Source of the DNA: Octopus sinensis
Lineage: Eukaryota
Direction: 5' to 3'
NCBI RefSeq assembly: GCF_006345805.1
Contig: NC_042998.1
Location: 125,364,001-125,428,000 of the forward strand
DNA: 64,000 bases
The notes under the pieces: generated by a model
Seen by the model: only the letters and a program-made list of their open reading frames with translations
Told to the model about the DNA's origin: nothing
Databases searched by the model: none
Position numbers and translations under genes: made by a program
Shown: one piece after another, positions 1 to 13,200 of the stretch
How the letters are laid out: each line of letters opens with the position of its first letter
Position numbering within the stretch: the first letter of the stretch is position 1

Positions 1-910
1 CCTTACTCTAGAGGCCAATAAAATAATTATATTGTGGACAGATTCCATTGATATATTTTTTTAAGCTCCTTCTCAATATCCAGCTTTAAAAAAAAAAAAA
101 GACTACTCGATAAAGTCATGGCCATGCTGTTGATGGTAGTCTGTGTCAAGCCTATAAACTTTCGTGGCTGCTACTTATCCAGATGCATAAGAGTACAAAA
201 TTCCTCCCTGAACAGGATGCCAGTTTGTCATAATTTTCCACTGATACTAATTTTCAGCTGATTGTAACTAAGGCAACCTAAAATGAAATGCTCAGTTCAA
301 AGACATGTTCCACCTGTCTGAGACTTGAATCCATAAGTTCATGAGGAGTCCAACACCCCAACCACTAAACTACACACATTTACTGTTAACATCATCATCA
401 TCATCGTTTAGCGTCCATTTTCCATGCTAGCATGGGTTGGACGGTTCTACTGGGGTCTGTGAAGCCAGAAGGCTTCATCAGGCCCAGTCAAATCTGGCAG
501 TGTTTCTATGGCTGGATGCCCTTCCTAACACCAACCACTCCGTGAGTGTAGTGAGTGCTTTTTACGTGCCACAGTAATATATTTTTCTTACCTTTCTCAG
601 TTTTATGTTCAAATTCTGATGATATCATATTTCTTTCATCCTTCTAGGGTCAAATTAAAATCAGTTATAAATTGTAGAGATACCCTTCTGCCAGATAACT
701 TTCTCAAATTTGTTATGTAAAGTGAAACAAGGTCTAACCAGTAGAGGGATGTTACCAATTGCAAAGTCTGCAAATTGATTCTCATTCCCTTATTAAAGCA
801 AATTAACTTCACTAACACCATTCACATTTTTAGAGAAAAGTGAAATTTCCAATTTAACTAAAGTATAGTTCTTTTGGGCAGTGTCCAAAATAAACATTTT
901 AACCCTAATT

Positions 911-3203
911 ATCAATATACAAATAAGGAGAAAAATATCAATAAATACGGTTTTTTCTAGTATTTGCAAAAATATTATAGTCTTTGTGTGTTATTCAAAT
1001 TTCAATAATTAGATGTTACAATTGGTTGCATGCAAAAAAAGTTATTAGTTCAAGTAGACAAAATTAAACATTGGATGCCTTTAGCAATGTATACTCCACT
1101 GTAAGCATTTAGTTAATAACTCCAATATTTCGGTAACTTTGTTTCTTCTCAAATACCATGGAAACAGTCAAGCTAGCTGCATTTTGTTTCTTATCCAAAG
1201 GCTTTCAATTTTTTAGTAAAATATACCAAAACAATCCTTCATATCTAGACTAATCATTTGGTCACTTTCTTCCCATAAAAAAGTAGTATTTGAAGCCTCA
1301 AGAATTATTGGCAATAGATGTTACAAGGTAATGATGGTGAGCAAGCAGAATCGTTAGCACGCCAGGCAAAAATTGCTTAGCAGCATTTCGTCTGTATTTA
1401 TATTCTGAGTTCAAACTCCATTAAGGTTGATTCTGCCTTTCATCCTTTTGAGTTTGGTAAAATAAGTACTAGCTGATTCCTGGGGTCAATGTAATCAACA
1501 TGCTTCTTCCCCTAAAACTGCATGAGCTAAAATTGGAAACCAATAGATGTTATATGGTCACTCACAAGTAAACTGCATGCAGTTTGGATTTTGTGATAAA
1601 TACTTAATTTATGAGATTAACAATTAACTGACACCACCTATAAATCACTTTACAACCAATTTTCTATGATGAGTAGTCCTAGATCAAATCAGTTCATATT
1701 GAGTTACTGCCCTACAAGACAAGTTGAAGTCTATCTTTCTCATACATAGCAGTTTGGCAGTACATCAGACATGCTCAGCAGCATTTCTGGCTCTTGATAT
1801 GCTGAGCACAAACCCTATCAAGGTCAACCAAACCTTTTAATCCTTTCAGAGTCAATAAAATAAATACCAGTTGTCCCTAAGGTCAATGCAATCGACTAAC
1901 CCTTTAAAATTGCAGGCCTTGTGCCAGAATTTGAAACCATTATTATATTGTAAGATGGCAGAAACATTAGCACTGATTTCAAATTGCACCTAGGTCTACT
2001 TTACCTTTCAGATGAAGTTAAGTACCAGGTGAGCACTAGGGTCAATGTAATCAACATACCTTCTACTCCAAAATTTTAGGCCTTGTTCCTGGAGTAGAAA
2101 GGATTATTATAGAAGTAAGGTGGCGAGCTGGCAAGATTGTTAGCACATCAGAAAATGCTTAGCAGCATTTCTTCTAGTGCCAATGAGGTTAACTTTGCTT
2201 TTCAGGAGTCACTGAAATAAGTACCAGTTGAGCACTGGGGTCAATGTAATCGACAAGCCCCCTCCTACAAAATTTCAAGCCCTGTATAGTAGAAAAGATT
2301 ATTACTAGATAGATATAAATATATGTATATTATATCATCTGCCTTCCATGCCTGCATGGGTTGGATGGTTTGACAGGAGCTGGCCAGACAGAAGACTGCA
2401 GATTTTCATGCTTGGGCACGGTTTTTTACAGCTAGATGCCTAACACCAATCACCCCGCACATACATATATGTGTATATACAAACCTTCTCTGGATGCTAA
2501 CCCTGTCACTAACTTTAGAATGTTCAGTATATTTTATTGCTGTATCAACGAAAGATTCATCACATTCAGTAGGGTGTTACATAGTAAAATCAACTTCCCA
2601 TTATGATATACTCTTTTTTTAGTTTAGAAATAAATGTTCACAACAATATTTGTTTCTAGATAAAACTTTTTTAAAGCATGCTGCGGATACTTAAATAAAT
2701 TGACCATCATGATAATCGGAGCAAGAAGATTGTAGAATTGCTTCCCTTGTAGTTAACAACATCGAGTCGTAACAATCCAAGGGAGATAAACGTTTTACCC
2801 AATATTCAAATTAAGTATCTTGAGATTAAGTTTGGAATATAATCAATAGAAAGGATTTTTTTATGCGTATAATTTGATTTTTGTATTAATATTTAAATAC
2901 ATTGAAATATATTCTTGTACTGGAATGAATGAAGACTTTCAATGTAATTTTTATATTTCTAGATAGGTCATTAACTAAATGCTTACAGCAGAGTATACAC
3001 TGCTAAAGGCATCCAATGTTTAATTTTGTCTACTTGAACTAATAACTTTTTTTGCATGCAACCAATTGTAACATCGAACTGATGTTGTAAAGTTATTGAA
3101 ATTTGAATAACACACTCACGAAGAATATAATATTTTTTTTGCAAATACTAGAACTTAAAAAAAACCTATTTATTGATCATTTTCTCCTTGTTTGTATATT
3201 GAT
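911..3203. repeat. Inverted repeat pair ~911-1120 and ~2967-3203
   Basis: GATGTTACAATTGGTTGCATGCAAAAAAAGTTATTAGTTCAAGTAGACAAAATTAAACATTGGATGCCTTTAGCA is present in exact reverse complement; the rest has a few indels. Confidence 0.9.
1335..2305 (+). mobile_element. Cluster of about 4 same-orientation tRNA-derived SINE copies (Meta-domain-like)
   Basis: Repeated GGCGAGCTGGCAGAATCGTTAGCAC, TTCTGAGTTCAAA, GCCTTTCATCCTTT and AAATAAGTACCAG blocks at ~1335-1545, 1750-1945, 1950-2110 and 2117-2305. Confidence 0.8.
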
Positions 3204-4109
3204 GTTTGCTTTGCAATCTGTCTCAAGTTTGATATCACACTGAAGATCCTCAGGTGAACCACCATCTTGTGAGCGTTATTTACTAAGTGAAAACTACCCA
3301 AGCAAGATGTGTGTGTATATGTGAGACTAATGTTTAAAACGAGTCTTGTGTCAATAAGTGTCTTTGTCATTCAAAATGTATAGAGCAATAAAATTAATAG
3401 TGATTAACTTAACCTGTGGAGGTGGTACACTCAGATACACCATTAACTTGAATATATTAGCCACATAAAACTATGAAGAGAATGTCACACGATATGATTT
3501 ACTAATTTGGGGTTAGGAATTTTTAAAGAAAATTCAACACTTAAACTTTTAGATTTCTACAATTTATTAATGTAGCACAGGGATAAAACTGAGTTTGAAA
3601 AACCCAATTCTTGATGGCCCAGTCCACCAAGCTGTACATAGTTCAGGAAGTACAGTATGAGTATTGTGCTTAAATTGATAGGAATTATACCACTGTTGCC
3701 TAAACACCAACATGAAGACCAGATTTATTGCATTTTCTATGATTGAGTAGATTACAGGTCAAACTAAAGTTGTTTGTAGTCTAGTAGGGTCTACCATCAT
3801 TCGAAATATCTCCAAAGCATAATTCTTACAACAATTTAAACAAAGGAAGATTATTGATAACCTCACTGCAGTTATCACCAAGAATAAAGATAAGAGAAAA
3901 TTTCCATGTTTAAAATTAATGAATTTATTATAATACATTTATGTATACTTTCCAATAGTTCTGGACATACCAATAATTAAATATAAACAAGCAGAACATC
4001 TTCATAGATAAATATTTGGACAATAATCAGAAAAGAAAAAGGTATTTGGGTTTTCTTGCTTTGTTTTTTAAGACAGTTCTTGATTATATCTAGAAAGAGT
4101 TCAAAACAC

Positions 4110-4240
4110 TCAAGTAGCATTTACATTTTGCTTGAAATTTACTGAATATGAACCAGATTGAGGATCTTTTTGCATCTGAAAGTTATCAGTTGAGAGGCCA
4201 AATGGTTTAAGGATCATGTTTCCAAGATCTTTCAGTTTAC
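4110..4240 (-). CDS. TTC1: TTC1 terminal coding exon (GKLKDLGN...FKQNVNAT*)
   Basis: CTCCTGTAG acceptor, phase 1, TGA at 4110-4112. Candidate AATAAA on the minus strand near 3924-3929. Confidence 0.95.
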
Positions 4241-7200
4241 CTACAGGAGAAAAGGGATTTGATTAAGGAAAAAGCATGGATAATATACATACATGCATAC
4301 AATTTTAACATTTTTGTAGAAGGGATATAGAAGACACTATTTATGAATTAATGCAGATTAGCTAGGTCCTAGACTTCTCAACTTATAAGGTACTACTGTT
4401 ATAGTTGAGTTAGTACTAGTACTTAAGTAAATATCTTAATTTTCAAAGATATTCTAAGAGAATGCAAGCATGAAAAAGCAAATATATTCTTAGTAACAAA
4501 ACTATTACAATCATATTGGAACCATATTACACCCCAACCACTAAACTACACACATTTACTGTTAACATCATCATCATCATCATCATCGTTTAGCGTCCAT
4601 TTTCCATGCTAGCATGGGTTGGACGGTTCTACTGGGGTCTGTGAAGCCAGAAGGCTTCATCAGGCCCAGTCAAATCTGGCAGTGTTTCTATGGCTGGATG
4701 CCCTTCCTAACACCAACCACTCCGTGAGTGTAGTGAGTGCTTTTTACGTGCCATATTACAATCATATTTTAAATCAAGTCTTGAAAAGTAGATATGAAAG
4801 ACAAGAATAACTTGAATGTTTTATGAAATTTTTTTTTAAATTTCCATCCACTGCTGAGAGAGAATCTAGGTAGCAGAAAAACTAGTATGATATTTATTGA
4901 CATTCATCCTAAGACATAAAAAGCATATTCTGAGACACCAATCATTAAAAGTAATTATTTTTTACTAAAATTTTCAATGATAGTACTTCGAGACAACAGT
5001 AAAATTCCTCAGCAGAGAATCCATAGTTCTTGGAATTTATTTTAGAAACATGTTATAAAGAAGTTTATCAATTTATGTATGAAAAGCAATCAAGATTGCC
5101 TTCCAATAATTTGAGAAATTAGCATTGCAATAAAGTCAGGTGTTAAATGTAGAAATTCAATGTACAAATTTACTAAACTAATACAAACTTCTATGAATAC
5201 GAGTGAGGTTTTGCTATAGCCATAGCAAAGATAAACGAGAAGCACAATATACAAATAGCAGCATTGTGAACAACTGAAAACAAGTTATGTTTTCTGGAAG
5301 AGTCAACAATATGCTCATTAGTTTATTTTTTGGCAAGTTCATTAGAGTTCTTGGTTGGATTTTTATTTATTTTTTTTTTGTCTTGTTCATTATACTTCCT
5401 TTCTTATTGCTTTTGATTTTTATAAGTTAAGAAGTGTATACTAAAAGTGGTACTTTTGCTTTTAACTTTTGAGATATGGACATTTTTATGATGAGGAATC
5501 AGATGTCAATTAATAACTATTACTGATATTTACCAAACAACAAAGCAATCAAACTTAGTATTATATAATTATTGCTCTTTCTGTAACACTCTACATTTAC
5601 ATACCCATCATTTCTGCTTTTAGCTTTTCATTTCGTTCTTCTATTTGTCCAGGAAGTCTCTATATTTAAGACACAAATTTGAAAAATTTATATTTAACAC
5701 ATGCATGTGCACACACATTAACATTTATATTTGTAAATTCAATCCTCAATTGCAGACCACTACTAATTTATCTGCTCAATGTAAATATAAGATGAAATTG
5801 ATGTTCTATATAATTTTATAAATAACATTAAGCTAACATGATAGAATTGATGCTTACCTCAAAGACTACATCTTGACTGCAAGCAGAAGTTAAATTAGAT
5901 AGTAACAACTGGGAAATCTAGCAGGTTAGATAATAGATAAAGTGTTGCAACATACAAACCTAGAGTTATTTACTATGCTCCGAGTAGATGAGTTTAATAA
6001 AGTAGAATTTAAATGACTATACAGAATTTTGTCAAATAATGACACAGCATGCAAAACAAATATGAAGAGCTCTCCCGAAAAAAGTTTGACAAATAAAATA
6101 CTGGAGTTGAGGTTCTTAGCCTTCAGTCAAATTAAATACATTTACTAAAATTCAAAGAGATAAATGCTGGTCTGCATTGAAAAGAGTTTATCAAAAAGCA
6201 AACATTTAAAATTTGAAAGGCTCACCTTAAATCAAATTTTTTTTCTTCATTTGAAAGGTATCCCTTCCATTATATAGTTGTAAATAACTATCTATTGTAA
6301 TTACATGCCTAATTAAGGGGGAATAACTTAATGACTAACAGCAATTATGATTGATAAAAATGCATACAACACAACAAAGACGATACATGCGCATCCCTAA
6401 AAGGTCATCAATTTCTCCCCACCAATACTGAAAAAAATACATTATGATAATAGTAATTGGGAAAAAGCTTAATTCTCAAACTAAAACCCTCTACTGAGAC
6501 AGACCTTCACTCATCAATGTACTAAAGAATTCTGGAAGAGATTATCCTCAACATCCCCAATCCATACATTCTTCTCAACATTTACCATGACCTCTACTCC
6601 TGCAGCAACTGCTTCTCAATAAATTGTGAAATCATGCAGCAGTAGCAGCTACTGCTGCTGGATTTCATAATTTCTGAACAGTTTGTTCTACATAACATCA
6701 ATTAACGAAGTTGTTGGGAATATGTGCCAACTATTAGGAGGATGGCGAGCTAGCAGAATCGTTAGCATGCTAGGCGAAATGCTCAGTGGTATTTCGTCTG
6801 CCATTACGTTCTGAGCTCAAATTCCATCGAGGTTGACTTTGCTTTTCATCCTTTTGGGGTAATTAAATAAGTACCAGTTATGCACTGGAGTCGATGTAAT
6901 TGACTTAATCCCCTTGTTTGTGCCCTCTATGCTTAGCCCCCTGTGGACAATAAAGAAATAAATGTGCCAATCATTAGGAAGTTGTACTTGTAAACTGACA
7001 TTACAAACTAAAACCACCTACAGAAAGAGGTCTATTACTATCTCTAAAATTCCACCTCAGGCCATCTATGAAACCAGAGATGTACAACAGAGCCTAACTG
7101 GGTTTTTTTGTTTGTTTTTTTATTCATACCACTTTCTAATACCCCACAATTTTTAAGTATTAGATACTATCAGAAAAAATGTTATTAACCTTACATAAGT

Positions 7201-10200
7201 ACTTCTTCAACTTTGGAGGGATGGAAGAAAAACTGAACTGACTAAATTTTTAGTGGAAACTGTAGAGAGAAGAATAAATATTGCAAAGCATTTCAATCTT
7301 GCATTGCCATTTCAGCAACTCCACTATTTTGTACTTAATAACATATACACCCCAAATATAGCATCACAAAAAGACAAAAATTCTAAGCTTCATATACAAC
7401 ATACAAGTGTTGTTATTAGAACTAATTAGCTTTTACATAACAAAGAGTGAACAAAATAGCCAAGATAAAATTACATAGACACGTTGAGATCAACATCAGG
7501 GTAAAATATGTAACATGAGTCTTCATACAACACCTAAAATTTATCAGTCAGTAGTCAGTGGTTCTCAACCATTTTTTGCCTATGGACCCCTTTGATTCCT
7601 ATTTTACTCTACTAGACCTCCTTATTAAAAACATTAAGAATTTTATAACAAAAAGTTCAAGTATTGTGTATTGTAGAAGTATAATTAATTTATTGCTTAT
7701 AAACTTCAGTGACTAAACTTTGTATGGACCCCAGTTGAGAACCAATGAGTTAAACCATCAATCAAATTGGACTCCAAATTTTTCTCCTTTAAACCCCCAA
7801 TAAATAACAAAACATACAAAATGAATTTCTTTATCTAAAAAAAAGTTGCCTACATACACATACAACATCACTGACTGCCTCCCCAATACAATAAAAATAT
7901 TCCAACTGAAAGAGCACTCATACAAGCAGCTTGGTTTATAATTGCAGTTGACTCCTAAACACATTACACCTGCATTTACAGGTTGAACCATCCTACAACT
8001 GCAGTCACACAACAGTATCTGGTTGTGACAAAAAGAAAACATACACCCCAAAATGTTACAACACTAATTACATTATTAAGCCTATACTCTGTACAAGAAC
8101 AGCAATCTTTTAAACAAACCCTATAGAACTGAGGTTGATATATACTGGCTAAGTTCATTTTGCCTTCATCCATAGCATCAACCACTACAGCTTCTGATCA
8201 TATCAGAACAAATTATGCAGCATGTCCTCAATGCCACACTGCATCCCCACTACAGCCAACAAATACTTTACATAATGATACAGGCCAACTATTTGTTGTA
8301 GAGGTGAAAGAGCTAAATGGAATAAGGTATTGGATTTCTAGTCTATAGGTTACAAGTTCAAATGTAGTATAGATACTTCACTGGGTTTCTAGGCACAGTT
8401 CTTTATTCTAATTGATTCAGTTTAGCTAATTGTTGGGAAATGTACCAGAGCATCACTGCAGTGACTAGCATTCTGTACGGCACAAGATTTAACTCTCATC
8501 CACTTAATACCAAAAGTAGAATTAAGGATCAAGTTTCAAAAGTTTCTCAATCTGGAGATACTGAGTGCCCCAAAAGCATTTAGATGACACAATGTGTATG
8601 AGAACAGTTAACCAGACTACTCAATAAGTTTTTTTAAACAAAGCAAAAATGATGATTTTGTACAGAAAAAACAATGTAATTTATACACCTGCATCAACTC
8701 AATGCTTGTCTGAGTTAACTCCAACAAGACCTGAACAGAGACAAAATAAGGCATCAAGCCAAACAAGATACATAAAAGTGTTGGCTCCAGTACTACCATC
8801 TGCACCCATTTCCTTACTCTCAAGCAAACAAAGGCACTTCTATGCAGTCACTTGACAGGTTAAAAATAGCAGCTAGAATTCTCTCAAATCACATCCAACT
8901 GCAAAAGTATAAGAACACATTAGATTATGCTGTCTTGTATGAACACTGACTAAAAGACAGGATGATCATTGCTTGAACACTTTTGATCATAGGTCTATTC
9001 AATTAGAGCTGACCTATAGCTAATTAACACCATTATCTTCCTATCATGAAGAAAACATTTATATCGACAGTAATAAACAGTAACAATTACTTACTAAGCA
9101 TGCTGCACGAGCACCGTGCTGAGACGGATCCATTTCAACAATCTTTTTGTAATCCTGAAGGGCATCTTCAAGCTTGTCTTCTTTCTCATATAATTCTGCA
9201 CGACGTAATAAAGCCTTTAAGTAGTCCGGATTCAATTCCAGTGCTGAGCAGGAATCTTCAATTGCTTTTTTATTTTTTTGCTGGAAAATAATATTGAAAT
9301 TATTTCAAATTCAAAGAAATAACAGGAACCAATATCTGCTGAGGAAAGAAAACCCAGTAAAAATCAACAATTCTCTACACAATATTTTTAGTACAGCAAT
9401 AATGACAAGTTAAATTATTCATTAAATAACCCCCTTGAGGATGATGGATGGACTTATATGTTTAGCAATTTTTTGCAGAAAAGGTAGACTGTACGATGCA
9501 TGCAAAAACAGTGTGATGGTGCATGGTAAGTAAGACAGGAGCACTGAAAGTGGAAGTTCTGTAGAAGTGAAGCAAGTAGAAACTGTTGATTTTGTAATGT
9601 TAGGAATGCACAAGAAAACTGAGAAAGAGGCTAGAATTAAAAGCACCAAATGCACAGGAGAGACAACTGAAATGGCATAACTCACGACGGGAATAGGTGA
9701 TGAGAGGTGGGTGAAAAAGAAACCCATGCTATGAGTGAAAGGAACTTTAGTAACAGAAGACCAAGGAAGACATGAGAAACAGTTGAGATCATATCTGGGA
9801 TTCAGGTATGAAATGAAAGACAAGGTGGAAAGAGACATGCTCTTCAGCAGATTTATCCCAACCCATGAAAGTATGGCAAACATGTTAAAATAATGATGAT
9901 AATAACAATAGTGATTTATGAAAGACTGATATTTTAGATTCACTTCCACCCAACAACAGATAGGGCATGTAAGGAAAAAGAATTCAATCTAAAGTATTAA
10001 GTCCCAAACATTGAAAGGTTTCATATGTTTCAATAAAAAACATTCTTTTACATGATACAAACTCACAGAGTTTAAACCTTTATAAAAATAAAGACACAAG
10101 AAACAAAAAAAATTTCCATTTTCTTACCATTCTCATAAATGCAGCAGCTCTATTGGAATACATGATGGCTCTGTCTTTGGAAAATGCTAATGGACACGTT

Positions 10201-13200
10201 TGGAGGGCTTTGGAGTAAAGCTTCATAGCTTCTTGAAAATTACCCGCTTTGAATTCTTGATTACCTTTTTCTTTAAACTGTTGTGCACATTCTTGCCGTT
10301 CCTGCAGACAGATAGACAAGTGAAAAAGCAATAACTAATTTAATATCAATAACTATTTACAAACACTCAAATTAGGATCCAGATTCTGTCAAACAAAGTA
10401 TTTCATTATACATTTACTTCATTATTTTAGATATATTTAGTGTTGGGCTTCACAGAGGCAATGACCGAGACCTTTGGCATTGTCGTGCTTGAGAAGAAGA
10501 CTCATCAAATCAAGCAAAATCGTAGTCGTGGCAGATACCAGTGTCACACAAATAGCATCAGTACCCATAGCACATAACACCCCGGTGTCACGCAAATAGT
10601 ACCCACGCCGGTGGCACGTAAAAGCATCCATTACATTCTCAGAGTGGTTGGCATTAGGAAGGGCATCCAGCTGTAGAAAACCATGTCAAATCAGACTGGG
10701 CCCTGGTCAAACCGTCCAACCCATGCCAGTATGGACAACAGATGTTAAATGATGACCAATGTAAATGTGTTGAGAGAAAAACTGAATATAAAAGGCATTA
10801 TATGTAGTATGCACTGGTATAGTCATGTTAAGAGCATAGATGAAGACAGCTGCATAAAGTGCTGATCTCCAGATGTGGAAGGAACTCAAAGAAGACGGTT
10901 TTTACTGTAAAATGATCCTCAGATGTTGAGCCTCACAGAGGAGATGGCAGAGGAGTAAGATTATTGGTGATTTGCTTTACTTGAGAAGACCCATCCAGCT
11001 AAGTAAAATCAAGGCCATAAAGGTATATCGTTTATGTCCATGACCCTGACAAACCCTTTCTCCACCTGTATTCAAAATCTGCTGTATTCCCCTACCCTCT
11101 ATCTATCACTCCCACTTCACACCCTTGCAAACCTTCTTGCATACAATGTGTCCCTGTCAATTCTTTTCTCCACAACATATACTCCTAATGCCCCTCCTAC
11201 TTATATCCACATACTCCAGTCCCCACTCTCCTTTAGCAGTGTCGCAAATTTTCCCACTCACTAATCTAGTCTCTGATTCCTCATCATCATTTAACATCCA
11301 TTGTCCATGCTAGCAGGGATTGGATGGTTTGACCAGAGCTGATAAGATGGAGAGCTACACAAGCACCAGTCTGATTTGGCACGGTTTCTATGGTTGAAAG
11401 CCCTTCCTAATGCCAACCACCTTACAGAGTGTGCTGGATGCTTTTACATGGCACCACATCTTCTTCACCAACAGAAGCAGCTTTAACATTTCTGCTGTGG
11501 AGTATGGGTCTCCTTGAGTACAACAAGGCACCAAGTATCTCGATCCTTTATCATCTTGTCTGAAACGTTCAGCATCCTGAGGTCATCCTTCATCCCATGT
11601 CTTCTTGGGTCTCCCTTTTCCATGTGTTCACTCCTCACCCATGTCATCTTCACCATCTCTCTTTCTAAGTGAAGTAACCACAAATCTTCTTTACTGCAAG
11701 ACACCCATTTCTGTTCCTCAGTTCATAATTTAACCTCCCATCACCTGGTACAAGGCCACCTCCCTCAATACTCAGTTGTGGGGTCTTGTCTTATAAGCTT
11801 CCTGGTAACCTCACTGCTGCTGGTACGTGTAAAAAAGCACCCAGCACACACTGTAAAGTGATTGGCATTATGAAGGGCATCCAGCCACAGAAACCATGCT
11901 AGAGCACACAATGGAACTTGGCACAGTCTTCTGACTCACTAGCTCCTGTCAAAACGTCCAATCCACACAAGCATGGAAGGAGAACATTACATGATCATCA
12001 TCATATAAGGCATTTCAGTATGGATCTACTTTGCTAAATGATGATGATGATGATGATGTATATTGTATGTGTATATGTGTTTACACACACACACATACAT
12101 TAATACTGTGAAAGCAAGGCCATAAATGCAGCTCAACTATGTGGTTTCACATTCAATTCCACTGTGTGGCACTACTCTTCTATAGCCTCAAGATGTGTAA
12201 TGCCTAAGTGAGTGCAATTCATCGTTTTAATGTCCACTTTTCTATGCTAGCGTAAGTTAGACAGAATCTGTTCAAGCAGATTTTCTACAGCTGGATGGCC
12301 CTGCAAATCACCAATTTGCATTTGTTTCCAAGCAAGGTAGTATTTCTTCTAGGTGGATATGTTTTCACATAAGACTAAAAACAAATGACAGTACTTGTAT
12401 GATGCTAAAACTTATTTACATTTCTCCCTCAAACTCAAGACAAGTAGACACAAACACACACATCATCATAATTTAACATGTTTTCTATGGTGGCATTGGC
12501 TGGATTACACATACAGATACTATGGGCTTCTCTCAGTTTCTACCAAATTCATACACAAGGCTCTGGTCAGCCCAAAGCTATAGTAGAAGGCACTTGTTCA
12601 GAGTGGAGCTGAACCCCGAAATCATGTGGTTAAGAAGTACACTTTTTAGCCATATAACATATACATATCATCATTATCATTTAACAACCATTGTCGATGC
12701 TGGAATGGGTTGGATGATTCAAACCAGAGGGCTGCACCATGCCTCAATCATCTGCCTTGGTATAGTTTCTAAGCTGCATGCCCTTCCTAATGCCAACCAC
12801 TTCACAGACTGTACCGGGTATTTTTTACATGATGCCAGTACAGATGTTCTTTATGTGACGCTGGCACAGATGCTCTTTACATGACATTGGGATGGGTGCT
12901 TTTCACATGGTACCAGTACCCACAGGATCACCAAGTGGCTTGCAAGACAAGGATGTCTCAGCTAAGAGAGGGAGAGGAACTGAAAGAAGCAGACATGTGC
13001 CAGGTGAGAAGCTGAAGTAAGACTGAAGATAAGGGATAGCAGTCTTATTACAGAGGAGATGCTTGGTTACCTGAGTAGGACAAGGAAGCAGAGGGAGACG
13101 AGAGAGAGAGAATTGTCTTACTATAGAGATACTTGAGTACCCCAGTAGAATAAGGAAGAAGAGGTGGGAAATCAAGAGAGAAAGATAAAAAGAAAAAGAG

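Noticed and set aside
1335-1420. tRNA gene
   Set aside because: A/B-box-like heads run directly into SINE bodies; I found no complete cloverleaf in the window.
6621-6673. SECIS-like AUGA/UGA motif on the minus strand
   Set aside because: The quartet is out of register, there is no apical AA, the site is intronic, and the gene has no in-frame UGA.
9422-9949. 175-aa minus-strand ORF in a TTC1 intron
   Set aside because: Pyrimidine-biased Ser/Leu/Phe-rich translation of an old repeat-like purine tract; no motif, and not needed for the TTC1 frame.
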